This document shows, piece by piece, positions 1-12,000 of a stretch of DNA of 64,000 bases. The position numbers and the translations under genes were made by a program. Position 1 is the first letter of the stretch. Every line of letters starts with the position of its first letter. Where the stretch lies: the IMG/VR virus record IMGVR_UViG_3300042302_000394, positions 1 through 64,000 of that record; one strand, 5' to 3'. The notes under the pieces were generated by a model. The model was not told where the DNA came from. It made no database searches and saw nothing but the letters and a program-made list of their open reading frames with translations.

Positions 1-530
1 GGTGCATTTGTTTTAGCGTCATACGGACCTAATTCATAATCAACTTGAATACGAACCTGCGGATCATCTAGCAACCAAATGCTTGATAACGAACTGTTAA
101 ATCCTAAGAATGTGCCGTTGCCAACTTTCTTACCAATAATACTCTTTAACCAAGCAGTGACTTCATCGCCCATATCCTGGTCAATCTGCGTGTCGATGTC
201 GCCAACTTTTGTTTTCTTTAGTTTGTTTAAGAAGTCCTGTGTATTGATTCCCTTAACATCAAAGAATTGTAAGCTGCTACCACTGAGCATCTTTCCCGAT
301 GCCAATAGTTTTGGATCCCAAATATATTTGCCGTAGGCTGCTTTAAATGATTCGTTTTGTGCAGACAATAATTCTCGCAGTTGAGCCACCATGTGATCAC
401 GGTCGTGAATCTTTAGATCAATTTCTTCTGCTTCTTGATCAGCAGCACCTTGCCAACCTGGACTTTGACTTGATACATTGCCGCCTTCGAGCAATGGTTT
501 TTTATTTCTGATTAGGTCGAACAACTGCAT
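1..530 (-). CDS. Partial gene (runs off window start): putative Pol-beta-fold nucleotidyltransferase-like virion protein
   Basis: Manual translation from ATG 530: MQLFDLIRNKKPLLEGGNV...MLSGSS...KVGDIDTQ...RIQVDYE; GS, DxD and third-Asp pattern; not in the ORF track because there is no stop in the window. Confidence 0.55.
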   Translation of the reverse strand, partial: MQLFDLIRNKKPLLEGGNVSSQSPGWQGAADQEAEEIDLKIHDRDHMVAQLRELLSAQNESFKAAYGKYIWDPKLLASGKMLSGSSLQFFDVKGINTQDFLNKLKKTKVGDIDTQIDQDMGDEVTAWLKSIIGKKVGNGTFLGFNSSLSSIWLLDDPQVRIQVDYELGPYDAKTNA

Positions 531-534
531 TAAA

Positions 535-897
535 TTATCCTAGATTGTATTTGTCTTTTTTAATATCTTCACGATAGTGATCGTATAGTCTCTTGCACAT
601 TTCTTCACGTAGGTCTTTGGGAAATACTTTGCCTAACTTGCCCTTCATTTCCTTGTACTCGTAATATTCTTTGCAACCTTTTTCCACCATGGGCATAAAC
701 AATTCCAGCACCATTTCTGGGCCACACTCTTTTAGAGTTTTAAGTTTTTTAGCAATAGGAAAGAAGTAGTCTTTGTGCAGTTTATCGTGGTCAACGATGT
801 ACCAGAAAAGATCATCGTCAAATTTTTCATCAGTTTGATCTTTTCTTTTGTTAGTGTTGAGGTCCATAGACCTACCGAAGAATTCTACTAGTTTCAT
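535..897 (-). CDS. Hypothetical late/virion protein
   Basis: 120-aa ORF; TAAATA 7 nt upstream of ATG. Confidence 0.6.
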   Translation of the reverse strand: MKLVEFFGRSMDLNTNKRKDQTDEKFDDDLFWYIVDHDKLHKDYFFPIAKKLKTLKECGPEMVLELFMPMVEKGCKEYYEYKEMKGKLGKVFPKDLREEMCKRLYDHYREDIKKDKYNLG

Positions 898-907
898 AAT
901 CTAATAT

Positions 908-1612
908 TTACCCTTTTAACTTGGCTAAACCCAAAAACTCTAGCCCTTTAATGTACATCCAACCTATGTCAAATTCCCACCACTTCTGACTAAACTTAGG
1001 ATTTGCGATATCTGCATGGTGATTATTGTGCAATTCCTCACCGCCGATCCATATGCCCCATGGCATTAAATTTTTACTCTTATCTTTAGTGTCAGTATTG
1101 CGATATCCCCACCAATGTGCTAGTCCGTTTATTACACCTGCTGCAAAAAAAGGTATCCACAACATCTGTACACCCCATACTAAGAATCCCCACCAACCAA
1201 ATAACAACACGTCTATAACCAACATTACGAGAATACCCAATCGGTGATGGGGTGTATAAAGTGTACGTTCAATCCAGTCTTTAGGAGTACCCATTCCGTA
1301 TTTCATAACCATGTCAGCATCACTGCCTGCTTGATTATAATACTTGACTCCTCTAAATACTAAATTCCAAATACCAAACACATGCGGACTGTGTGGATCA
1401 CCTTCTACGTCAGTATTTTGATGATGTTTACGATGTACTGCCACCCATTGTTTAGTGGTCATACCTGTAGTGAGCCATAACCAGAAACGCATAGCGTGTG
1501 CCAGTACTGGGTGAAATTCAACGCCTCTGTGACTTTGACTGCGATGTAGATATAGTGTAACACACATTATAGTAATGTGTGTAAACAGTAACGTTATTAA
1601 AATTAAATTCAT
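908..1612 (-). CDS. Delta-9-type membrane fatty acid desaturase
   Basis: Three His boxes (HRSQSH, HRKHH, HNNHH), DPHSP motif, hydrophobic helices, C-terminal WWEFDIGW. Confidence 0.92.
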   Translation of the reverse strand: MNLILITLLFTHITIMCVTLYLHRSQSHRGVEFHPVLAHAMRFWLWLTTGMTTKQWVAVHRKHHQNTDVEGDPHSPHVFGIWNLVFRGVKYYNQAGSDADMVMKYGMGTPKDWIERTLYTPHHRLGILVMLVIDVLLFGWWGFLVWGVQMLWIPFFAAGVINGLAHWWGYRNTDTKDKSKNLMPWGIWIGGEELHNNHHADIANPKFSQKWWEFDIGWMYIKGLEFLGLAKLKG

Positions 1613-1638
1613 AGTGTATTTACCCTATAAATATCATT
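1613..1638. promoter_or_regulatory. Back-to-back late promoters: TAAATA (minus, 1617-1622) and TATAAATA (plus, 1626-1633)
   Basis: 26-bp divergent intergenic gap; motifs lie 4 and 5 nt from the respective ATGs; TATAAATA matches the T4-type late consensus. Confidence 0.7.
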
Positions 1639-2091
1639 ATGAGTATCAGCGACGACCCGCAATATTGGATCAACTTACAGTGGCCAGCGGCTCCTAATCA
1701 AGACGATTATTCTGTATTTTCTAGCTATTGTATAGGTCGTGTTTTACTGTTAGGTAGCACTCGACTGCTGTTGCCCTTGTGTACAGAAGCGTGGGACGTA
1801 AATCCTGTATATGATGACCCTAAAATCCAGTCTAGGGATTGGTTTACACTAGACAAACACTGGGATACTATTATCGTAGACGGTGCGTTAGCATTTGGTA
1901 AAGATTACTGCGAGCAGTTGTTAAAAGCAGTATTGCCAAACTGTGATCGTTTTATTGCCCGTAGTTTCCTAAACCCTAACTGGCCCACTAAGTATGCTCA
2001 ATATTTTCCTAGAGCACACGAATTAACACCTGTTCCACAAGAACACCCCATCAACGAAGTTTATACATTTTACATATGGAACAACAAGTAA
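1639..2091 (+). CDS. Hypothetical protein, possible class I SAM-methyltransferase-like fold
   Basis: VLLLGS strand-loop, then EAWD and WDTIIVDG resembling Rossmann MTase motifs; overlaps the QueC-like gene. Confidence 0.45.
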   Translation: MSISDDPQYWINLQWPAAPNQDDYSVFSSYCIGRVLLLGSTRLLLPLCTEAWDVNPVYDDPKIQSRDWFTLDKHWDTIIVDGALAFGKDYCEQLLKAVLPNCDRFIARSFLNPNWPTKYAQYFPRAHELTPVPQEHPINEVYTFYIWNNK

Positions 2092-2666
2092 TATTAGCCA
2101 TGTACTCAGGCGGCCTGGACAGCCTAGGTATGATCTACAAACTGTTAACAGAACCCGAGTATAAACACTATGTTCTACACATACATCACATACACCATCA
2201 CAATGTAGAACATAGAGATCGTGCTGAAGCTGTAGTTGTTGACCGTGTGCTGAAAGAATTAGAAAGTATGGGCTATAGTTTTATCTTCAGTGAAAGTGAG
2301 ATAGGCTCACAGCCCTACAATGGGCAGTTCATGTATGACACAGACAGCATCAACTTCTTTGCTGGCTATATTTGCTCTGTTAATCCACGTATTGTACGAG
2401 TTGCTATGGGGATGCAGGCCAACGATCATAACCATAGTTTAGAGGAACGCAGAATACGTGCCAATGCTATACTGACAGCATTTACACCTGTGGAGAAAAT
2501 ATATCCTGTGTTAGATATGACCAAGCGTGAAATATACGATATGTTACCAGAAGGTTTGCGTAACATGTTTTGGTCGTGCCGGCGTCCAGTGTACAGTGAA
2601 AAAAATATCGCACCTTGTCTAAAGTGCGATACTTGTGTGAAACTGCGTGAGCAGGGTATACGTTAA
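2076..2666 (+). CDS. QueC-like PP-loop ATPase (7-cyano-7-deazaguanine synthase family)
   Basis: MYSGGLDS PP-loop; C-terminal WSC...PCLKCDTC Zn site; shorter and divergent relative to canonical QueC. Confidence 0.8.
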   Translation: MEQQVILAMYSGGLDSLGMIYKLLTEPEYKHYVLHIHHIHHHNVEHRDRAEAVVVDRVLKELESMGYSFIFSESEIGSQPYNGQFMYDTDSINFFAGYICSVNPRIVRVAMGMQANDHNHSLEERRIRANAILTAFTPVEKIYPVLDMTKREIYDMLPEGLRNMFWSCRRPVYSEKNIAPCLKCDTCVKLREQGIR

Positions 2667-2668
2667 AC

Positions 2669-5065
2669 TTATACTGCTGTAAATGTTTTAGTCAACGGAA
2701 CTAATGTAATCGCAGTTGATATTTTGTTAGTTGAACCATATTGGAATATTGGATCAGCATACAGTACTGTGTTTGTACCAGTACCGTTGATAGCACGATT
2801 TGAACCATCTCCAACAGGTATGTTGAATGTACACACACCAAACTGCATGGATGCTGAACCACTCATTGTAATACCGTGAGTATCGGACCCTGCTCCAGTG
2901 TTGTTAAGAATAACTTCACCCATACCCCATTGTACTGAACCACTTAGGGTAATAACAGAGCCAGTGTTGGCATCCAATGAACTTCTCAACATAGTTCCTA
3001 ATGAATCGTTTGCTTGGTTAAGTACTTGTCCTGTACCGTTAGTTTCAAGATTGTTTATACTACAAAAGCCACGTTGGATATCTATTAGATATACAGAGCC
3101 ACCGGCTCTAGCCATGGTACAATCATTCATTTCCACTCTGCTACCTGTGCCAGTGTTATCCGCATAAACACAACTCTTAGTGGCGTTGCCTTGATAGCAG
3201 TATACATCGTTTAGGTAAAGTTTTGCTGGATTAGATCCAGTTAACTCGATACTGTGATACGTATCGTCGGTGCGAACGGCAATATTAAATAGGCCAAATC
3301 TATTAACGTTTATAGCGTTTGTGCCGGTGTTTGCCGGAGTGATAGTAACATGTCCCTCAATCCAAATAGGTACATGGCCGGCATCGGGAGTTTCGCCACA
3401 GATAAAAATATTTCCACGAGTCAACGCCACATTCTCTGTGATAGAACTCTTTAGGAAAATAAACTGTGGGTTATCAACGATAGAACCGTTTATGTCAATT
3501 ACTAAACTAGTATCAGCAATCCTTGCTTCAATATAGGCCAATGCCGACGCGATATTTTTGAAAGGTTTGTGTAAACTGCCATCAGCGGTGTATGTGCCCG
3601 TATTAGTTGGGTCGACAATCCATTGACTATCCGCTGTGTCGATATATACACTAACGCCTTCACTGTCGAGGATATCGCCCGGTACTGTTAGAGTACCATC
3701 ATTGCCAAATTCCCAAGTATTGCCACCAAGAACATCACCATTGGTGTAGCCACCTGTGATTACCTGTACAACTCCAGACTGTGTGGTTTCTGTGTAAGCA
3801 CGGCCGCCTGTGATTCTAACATCGCCACCATAACTACTGCCTGCGGCATTCTCAACAGTTACATCGCCGCCGGTGATTTCCACAAATCCAGGATTGCCCG
3901 TGGTAGAAGTGTTAAAGTGAGCAACATTGCCCCCTTCAATCCTAACATAGCCACCTGTGTCGTTAAGGCCTTCGCCGCCGCGTAATTTAACATCGCCACC
4001 ACTGCCGCCACCTTGGCCCCATCCTTCAGTGTTGCCGTTGGTGTCACCTCCAACTCCGCCCCAAATGTAAACATCGCCGCCTTCACCTGTGGTGCTGGTT
4101 GAGCCGTAGCCACGCTGGCCTTGGATCACAATACGTTGAGCGTTGGTGTTGTTTTCTGTAGCTGTCGGTCCTGTGACGATAACTTGATTTTCGCTGTCGT
4201 TGCTTAACTGTAGTGTTGGACCACTAAGGGTGGTAGTAACATCGTAGCCCATATTAGATTTAGTTGGCAGAGTCAAGCCTTCCGGTAGTTCTAGACTGCC
4301 ATCAAATCTAAATGTCCATGTGTAGTCAGTTGACGTGGTCTCTGTAGTAATCTCAATTCCGCTATTGGCAGGCATGTCAGCTTGGTTTACAAGTGTTAAT
4401 TGAAATTCATTGCCTCCTGATATGTAAACATCGTCTGCGGCGTCTAACGTAATATCTCTTCCTGAACGAATAGTTATATCATCGTCGCCAGTGGCCATGC
4501 CAAAGTAACTGTTACTTTCACCAACACCGTTAACTATGTCCAACCCAATGGTGTTGATGTAGTTGTAATTAAAATCAATGTCATCTATTGTTATAGGCTC
4601 TGGGTGTGCTGTAGCCAGTGTTATGGTGTACAATGGTGGATTACCACTAGAGATTACATTGGTCACTGTTGATGCGAGATCATCAGTGTTGGGATTTATC
4701 ACTAGGTTGATGTTGCTGTAATTATAGGGAAAGGCAAGATTGCCATCAAAATACTCCACCCATCTTGACAACAGATCATCGAGATACAGTCCAATATTAT
4801 CTCCCATCTGTACAGCAATAGATCCAGTGGTATAGGCAAAAGTGTGTTCACTACCGTCGTTAAAATTATCTGAATAAGTTTTTTCTGCTGTTATTTTATT
4901 ACCAGTACCACCAATGGATTCTAATCCGCTCCATACCGTTGTGCCATCACCAACTCTCAGTTGATTATTAGTAGTGTCGTAGCCTGCTTCACCTAAGGCC
5001 AGTACCGGATCGTTAGTAGTCCAATTAGCGGCTGTATCTCTACGTAGTTTGATTCTTGTTGTCAT
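2669..5065 (-). CDS. Tail fibre/spike protein with Mtd-N-like N-terminus, Gly-rich shaft and probable beta-helix C-terminus
   Basis: IKLRRDTAANW...PVLALGEAGYDT...RVGDG; GG-D-V-x-I-x-GG repeats; DGSLHKPFKNIASAL motif. Confidence 0.75.
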   Translation of the reverse strand: MTTRIKLRRDTAANWTTNDPVLALGEAGYDTTNNQLRVGDGTTVWSGLESIGGTGNKITAEKTYSDNFNDGSEHTFAYTTGSIAVQMGDNIGLYLDDLLSRWVEYFDGNLAFPYNYSNINLVINPNTDDLASTVTNVISSGNPPLYTITLATAHPEPITIDDIDFNYNYINTIGLDIVNGVGESNSYFGMATGDDDITIRSGRDITLDAADDVYISGGNEFQLTLVNQADMPANSGIEITTETTSTDYTWTFRFDGSLELPEGLTLPTKSNMGYDVTTTLSGPTLQLSNDSENQVIVTGPTATENNTNAQRIVIQGQRGYGSTSTTGEGGDVYIWGGVGGDTNGNTEGWGQGGGSGGDVKLRGGEGLNDTGGYVRIEGGNVAHFNTSTTGNPGFVEITGGDVTVENAAGSSYGGDVRITGGRAYTETTQSGVVQVITGGYTNGDVLGGNTWEFGNDGTLTVPGDILDSEGVSVYIDTADSQWIVDPTNTGTYTADGSLHKPFKNIASALAYIEARIADTSLVIDINGSIVDNPQFIFLKSSITENVALTRGNIFICGETPDAGHVPIWIEGHVTITPANTGTNAINVNRFGLFNIAVRTDDTYHSIELTGSNPAKLYLNDVYCYQGNATKSCVYADNTGTGSRVEMNDCTMARAGGSVYLIDIQRGFCSINNLETNGTGQVLNQANDSLGTMLRSSLDANTGSVITLSGSVQWGMGEVILNNTGAGSDTHGITMSGSASMQFGVCTFNIPVGDGSNRAINGTGTNTVLYADPIFQYGSTNKISTAITLVPLTKTFTAV

Positions 5066-5078
5066 TTATCTGCTCCGA

Positions 5079-5285
5079 TTATGCTGTTCCACCATCTAAG
5101 GTGATGTCTGTTGCTGTAGTGTAGGTCCAGGCTGAATCGCCACCTTCTACATAGTATTTTGCTTGATTGTTGGTGATTGCCAGGCTAGACGACCAACGAT
5201 CGCCGGTCCATGTGTAGGTTACTGCGTTGGTAGCCACATAACTTTGGCCCACTGTGGGCGATGAGGGAAATGTTATTGCTGTCAT
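5079..5285 (-). CDS. Small virion/fibre-associated protein
   Basis: FPSSPTVGQSY...YTWTGDRW motif typical of phage fibre accessory domains; TAAATA 6 nt upstream. Confidence 0.6.
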   Translation of the reverse strand: MTAITFPSSPTVGQSYVATNAVTYTWTGDRWSSSLAITNNQAKYYVEGGDSAWTYTTATDITLDGGTA

Positions 5286-5302
5286 AATGTGTATTTACCC
5301 TA

Positions 5303-6010
5303 TCATAGTCCGAATCTTGCCCGTAGAGCCGCATAGTTCTGTAGTTGTTCTGCTTCAGTTAGCACTCTATTGTATAGTAGGATAACAGCAAGTTTGCCTT
5401 TGAATCCTCTACTAAAGTAACCTTCCCCCCATACATAAGGAGTAGATCCCCATGATTGATTGGTTCTGGCGGCTCCTAGTATATTCCAACCTGTGACCAA
5501 ATTCCCTGCTCCTGGAATAACAGTACCGTTTATGTAATAGTTAGTTGCTGTTAGATATGCCCAGTCAGCGTTGTTGCCTGGATTTTGTATACTCCATGGA
5601 CTTGATCCGTTAGCATTACCAAATCGCATGGTACGGTCAGCATCAACACCTAGTCCATATGCTAGATTAGCATCATCTACATTGTAACTGAAATCAGGTT
5701 GAAATACCAGTGTACAATCTTGATAGTTCTGTGATAGGCTTGATGTCATACAATTTGCCGAGTCGCCATCAAATATAAAGTAACTAGAAGTACCGCTGTT
5801 GACAAATCCCACGGTCCCATTTAATGAAGCATCAGCACCTTGACCACTTATATCAAACCATGTGGCAGATTGCGAGCCTGGATAACTGGCTGTGATGCCT
5901 GCATCTAGATGAGCGATAAGGCCGTCTGTGACAATGGGCGGAGGCGGCGTGTGACCCCTCAGTGTAACACCGTTGCTGATAGTCTGTGCTGATCTAATAG
6001 TTATTGACAT
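5303..6010 (-). CDS. Concanavalin A/LamG-like lectin-domain structural protein
   Basis: GLIAHLDAG...SYPG...WFDISG and C-terminal LYNRVLTEAEQLQNY...RFGL. Confidence 0.8.
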   Translation of the reverse strand: MSITIRSAQTISNGVTLRGHTPPPPIVTDGLIAHLDAGITASYPGSQSATWFDISGQGADASLNGTVGFVNSGTSSYFIFDGDSANCMTSSLSQNYQDCTLVFQPDFSYNVDDANLAYGLGVDADRTMRFGNANGSSPWSIQNPGNNADWAYLTATNYYINGTVIPGAGNLVTGWNILGAARTNQSWGSTPYVWGEGYFSRGFKGKLAVILLYNRVLTEAEQLQNYAALRARFGL

Positions 6011-6027
6011 ACTTTTATTTTACCGTT

Positions 6028-9000
6028 TTAAGTAACAAGAGTTGTTCCATACAGAGGCCACCAAGATGTAACGCCGTCACCAACAAGATAAATCAATTCT
6101 GCTGTTCCCTCAGGAGCAACATTTACCGCACCGTCGATGGCTCCATCTACAGTTAATGTACAATTACTGGAGATGTTGACAATAACTAATCGTTGTCCCG
6201 CCGTCCCGGGAGGCAATACAACAGTATGACCATCACTGCCACTATAACCACCAACCACTGTACAGAACAGTAAGTTGAATGTAACATTAGTAATCGTTAG
6301 CGTAGTATTAACACCATCAAACTCGTAGGTTTCTTGTCCTGTAACTACTGTCAATACTGAAGTACCAGAACTATTTTTAATGTCTCCACCATCAGGCAGT
6401 GTTAAACTACCATCCCCAGCAAAGGTCCACAACTGTGAAGTAGCACTGGTATCAACATTTGGTACTTTTATGTATATTTGATCATCTGCGGCCACTTTGA
6501 CATACTTGTCATCGTTGCCCAGGAATATGCTGGTCTGTGCCATATTCTCACTGATCAAATGTATGTGTCCGCTTTCACTGCCTTCGGTTGTGCCGTCTAC
6601 TATATTGACACGCAGGTAATTGGATCCAGCACCTGGAGCATAAGTTCCAGTAGTAACAATAGTGACAGTAAATGTTTCTTCGCCTTCAACAATAGCATCG
6701 TTAGCTATCATTAGCATGTTGGTATTAGTATAATTAAAACCGCCACCATCTAAAGTCCAATTAGCAGCCGCAAATGTTCCTGTTAGTACGGCAGGTGTGA
6801 AGTCTGCGGCTGTAATACCTGTGCCGGTAATTATGTATTCTACATCACCCTGAACATACTGAAGACCGCTAGCGTCCCACAATGTTATAGAAATAACAGT
6901 ACCTTCTGTGCCAGTGCTCACATAAGGGTCAGGATATGTCACTGGATCAAGTTCATGTAAGTATTGCTGATAACCTTGATCAGTGGGGTAGTCAGCAGTC
7001 ATATACGAATTATATGTCGAACGCAGAACTAGACTAGTTGCCTGTCCCGGACTGTTTGGAGTCAATACTAATGTGCTAGTCGTGTCTACAATGGTAGCAC
7101 CGTTTGGTAATGTTAACCCACCATCTGCGGCAAATGTCCAAGTATTAATTGCTGTTGATGTGCTAGCAGTTTCAATGTAGACATTAGGATCACTGTTGTT
7201 GCCCAGGATTGTGCTGGCTGTGCTTAATGTTAAGACACCATCTGTGCCAAATACCCAAGTGCTGGTTGTAGCAGTTGAATAAGTTTGAACAACAATATTA
7301 CCCCCATTCTTTTCAATCTTAACATACTGATCATCATCGCCTAGGAATAGATCAACTGTGGTAGGATTGCCTGATATCAAGTGTATGTGATTTGTTTCAG
7401 TAGTGCTGGTACTGCCAGTTGGACGAATAACCAAACTCTGTCCAGCACTGGCTCCAGGTGGGGATATAATCGTAGTAGTGTTTGTTTCACTTATGGTGCT
7501 ACCTTGGGGGAATTCTAATTCCCCATCTGTGCCAAATGTCCAGGTGCTGTTGGTAACAGTTGAGTAAGTTCCAACAACTATGTCACCACCGTGATCTATT
7601 TTAACAAACTGGTCATCGTTGCCTAGATATAGATCAGTCTCGCCACCAAAGCCTGCTGTCAAGTGTATGTGATTACCATCAACAACTGTGGGATAAATCA
7701 GCAATGCTTGAGTAGCACTAGATGCACCTGCGGGTTCAATTCTAAAAGCCCCCATACCCGATGATATAGTAGCACCGTCGTTTAATGTTAATGTACCATC
7801 CGATTCAAGTATAAATTCAGCGTCATTGTTAACTAATCTATCACCTAATGCTGTGGTACTGTCACCTGTGTACAGTGTGCCTATTAGAAAGGCACTGCTG
7901 TCGACGATTGGTGTAACAGTGGCAACGGTTATGTTTGACGTATTGTCAGTGTCAGTCTTATCTGCGTTGACCACTGTAATGTCGCTGGCCGATGTGTCTA
8001 ATGTACCAGTAAGATTTGAGGCTCTGAAATCCCATGCACCCACTGCGAACGGGTCGCCTGTGGCAGGTAACTGTGCTATTAGAGCATGGAAGTCACTTGG
8101 ACCTTCAAACGACCCAAAGCCACCGGCAAGTGCTACATAATCTTGTTTGACCGCTAGGTTACTTCCGCCGCCTTGACCAGCCAAGAAGTCGGAACCACTG
8201 ACTGAAAGCGTATCTATATTATCTAATAGTCGTTGCCATACTACTGTACCATCTAGATTATATTTGGCCACTACACAGGAAATGTCAATAGGATCGTCGG
8301 GCCCTGGATTGGGCACAGTTGTAGTGAACAGTGAACCAGACAGATAAAGTTTATCATCAGCACCAACCACTATGCTGGTGGCAATTGCTCCACAGTCGCC
8401 CTCTACACGACGGCTCCACTGTTTGACACCTGCACTGTTGAATTTAACTAAATTCATACAAATACCGGGTCCAGCATTGTCGACTTCGTATTGTCCGCAG
8501 ACATAGACGTTACCCTCACTGTCAATGTCAGCATCTGCTCCAGTACTGTCATATCCCTCGTCAAACAATATGGCCCTTTGCCAGTCAATGGTACCATCGC
8601 TGAGATACTTGACCACCAGCATGTGATTGTCTGTATCGCCTTCCCCACCCAGTTGATCCATATATCCAACGGCTACTACTTCGCCTGTGGGTCCAACTGC
8701 CATGCCGTAGGCTTCTTCGTCATCCTGTCCGTCTAGTTTTTTTGACCAAATGATTGAACCATCTTCAGCATCAACTTTAGTGGTTGTCACATAGCCACCG
8801 CCAAGGTTGTCAAAAGTGTAACCAACCATGACGGGATTTCCGTCCGATGCTACATCAACTACCTGGCTGTTACTGTTAATGCTCTCGCCAAACGCATAGG
8901 TCTTGCTCCATTCAACTGAGCCGCCGCCGCTGGCAATTTTAGTTAAAGTGGACTTTTCCTGTCCGCCATCGGTATTTGTTTTTCCCGCTACATAGATGAA

Positions 9001-12000
9001 TCCATTGGTTGGATCTACGGCCAGGCCCCATCCATCTGTTTCGTAGCCTGTACTAAATCGTGTGGTCCAAATTCGTGTGCCAGATGTGGTGTACTTGCCC
9101 ACTGAATAAAATGACCCGCCACTGTCTTCCCCGTGATAGAAAAGAGCAATCACGTTGCCAACACTGTCATATTCTACACTCAGTGCTATCAGTGGTGTAT
9201 CTAGTAGAGGAGTTGCTGACTCAAATGTCTGTACCCACACGTTGCTGGCAGCACTGCCGCCGCCCAATACACTAACTCCATTGCTGTCAAGGATATCACC
9301 ACCTGGTGGTAGTATGATATTGTTGTTGACAAATGTCCAAGTGTTGGTTACAGTAGAAGATCCACTGACACTGCCCAAGGCCAGTGTTTCACCAGTGAGT
9401 CCAACTATGTCAGTGACATAACTAACGCTGAGACTACTTGTTGACAATATTGCGGTTGATGTACCGGTTGACCACGTCAGGGTAGTCACAGTATATGTGC
9501 CAGTTGAAGAAATACTATCTATGTCACTGGTAAGATCAGCTATGGTTATATTGCCAAAGGTGCCAGTAACGCTGCCATCGATGGGCAGTTGTGCCACCAA
9601 TACTCTTGTCTCATTAGTGCCAGTACTGTCATCAATATCCGAACTGGTTACAGCAGTGACCGCTATCTTATCTTGATATATATCGCCTACTCTGTGGCCA
9701 GAACTGCCGCCGCCGTCAGCACCTTGATCTATTATAACTACACCCGCATCAGTTATCAGTATACGACTGTATAACATTTCTCCGTTGGCAGGATTGAGTT
9801 TTGTTATCCATAACTGTGGCTGTCCTACTGGCGGACCAGGTATGGTTCCAGTTACATATACATTGCCACTGGCGTCAAAACTTAAATCGTATGCTCCTGT
9901 ACTGTAGGAGCCGGGGCCGCCGTCTGTAATAGGGTCAAGTTCTCCCGTCGCTAGATATGAAGCCCATATCAAGTCACCATCTGTGTCGAATTTAGATACC
10001 ACGGCCTTTTGATCAGGGTCATCGTTGACTATGGTATAAACATAGCCACCGTTGTATATCACCGCAGCGGCTAGATCTCCTGTGGTAGTGACTAATTCTT
10101 TGGTCCATTGGTGTATGCCATTGATGTCCCACTTGGATAACATCGCACGTAAACCGCCGTCATAATAATCACCTATGGCCCAAACATCACCAGTGGCAGG
10201 GTTAACAGTCACAGCACGGTATTGTCCATCGACAGGAAGGTCTTCAAAATCCTCGGGTATGATATTGCCGGTCCAAATTGGTGTTCCGCTGTCTCCATCG
10301 ATTTTAATCACTACAGGAGTAGTACTGTACGAGATGTTGTCATAGTAAGAACCTGCTAGATAATAATTTCCAGAATTATCACAGGCTATATCCACAGCAG
10401 AAACATACCCATCCACGAAACCTAGACTTCCTTGGGCTATTCCGCCCAGTCCAAGATTTCCATCAGTGTCCATATAGCCGGACCAGCAACCGAAGCCGCT
10501 GACAACAGCAGTGGCCAACCAGTAGATTCGATCATTGCTGTCTATGGCAAAGGCCTGATTGACCGCACCGCAATTGGCACCACTGTTGTCATGCCATGTT
10601 CTACTCCATAATAAATTACCATTGGTATCGTATTTTAACAGTAGACTATCTACATCATTTAGGCCGCCGTCACCAAATAGTACACCACCTAGCACATATA
10701 CATTGCCCACGCTGTCATAGAAAGCACCGGTGCCTATGGTATAACTAGAAGTAGTGACCGCAGTGGTTATGCCGCCAAATTCTGCTGCCCAGTATGGACG
10801 AATTACTCCACTACTGGGTACTTGTATTGTCACGCTGTTGTTGCTGACAGATAACTTGGTATTATCGCCACCATCTATGACAATGGCATCGCTGTCAACA
10901 TTGGCAGTACTGATAACGGTACCATCAATGGCCAATCCGTCTAGGTATGTTTCTGGACTTGGGATCTGTGTTGGACTTGCGTCTAACCATACACCGCCGG
11001 TGGCAACATAGGTACGTCCTTCAACAGTGTCAAACCATTGCGAACCAGGCGTAGTCGCTGCTGGAGCAGTATCTGAAATTATCACTGCACCGAGTACAAT
11101 GTTGGTATCTCCCTGGACAGTTAAGTTGCCGGTGGTGTTTACTGTGATGAGAGGGTTGCCGTCAACTGTGACATAGTTGTCTTGGTTAACTCCCAGTGCC
11201 ACTCCGCCGATATAGATCGTGCCTGTTCCAACATAGATACTACGCCATTGACTTGATGTAGATCCTAGATCGTACTCTAGATCAGCGTCGGGAAGGATAT
11301 GGCCAGGCGCAGTCAGTGCACCATCTTTACCAAAACTCCAAAGATTTGTCACATCTGTACCAATCTGTACACCCACGTTGGTCAAAGTTGAATCATAGGG
11401 TAACTTGACGTAGTTAAGGTCATCACCGAAGAATAGATCTACAGTGGTAGGGTCATCACGCATGATGTGGAAATGTGATGCGACGGTTGGCACACACTCC
11501 GGAGTGTTACCAAACAATACTGTGCCACGATCGGTGGTTAGTTTAATACCATCTAAAGTACCGCTACCAATAGTTCCGTACGGTAATACGATATCTCCAG
11601 GGGCAGTTAATGTGCCATTACCACCAAATGTCCAATTGCTACCAACATCATCGCCGGCACTGATTTGTATGTCTGCAATAGATTTAATTAATGCGTTAGT
11701 CGTTGTGTATAACGCATTACTAGAGGTGGTTAATGTTATTGTACCATCAGTACCTAATATTACACTGTAACTGCCTGTAGTTAATCTATCTTCTTGTGCT
11801 CGCTCACCTTGTGGACCAGTTGGTCCTGGATCTCCTTGTGGACCTGTTGGACCTACAGAACCTGGATCACCTGTTGCACCTGCTGGTCCTGGATCACCGA
11901 TGTCACCTTGTGGACCAACAATTTGTCCAACATCGTTCCACGCTGTATTCGTTCCCCAGAACCATACACGACCTGTATCAACAGCAATATAACCTTCACC

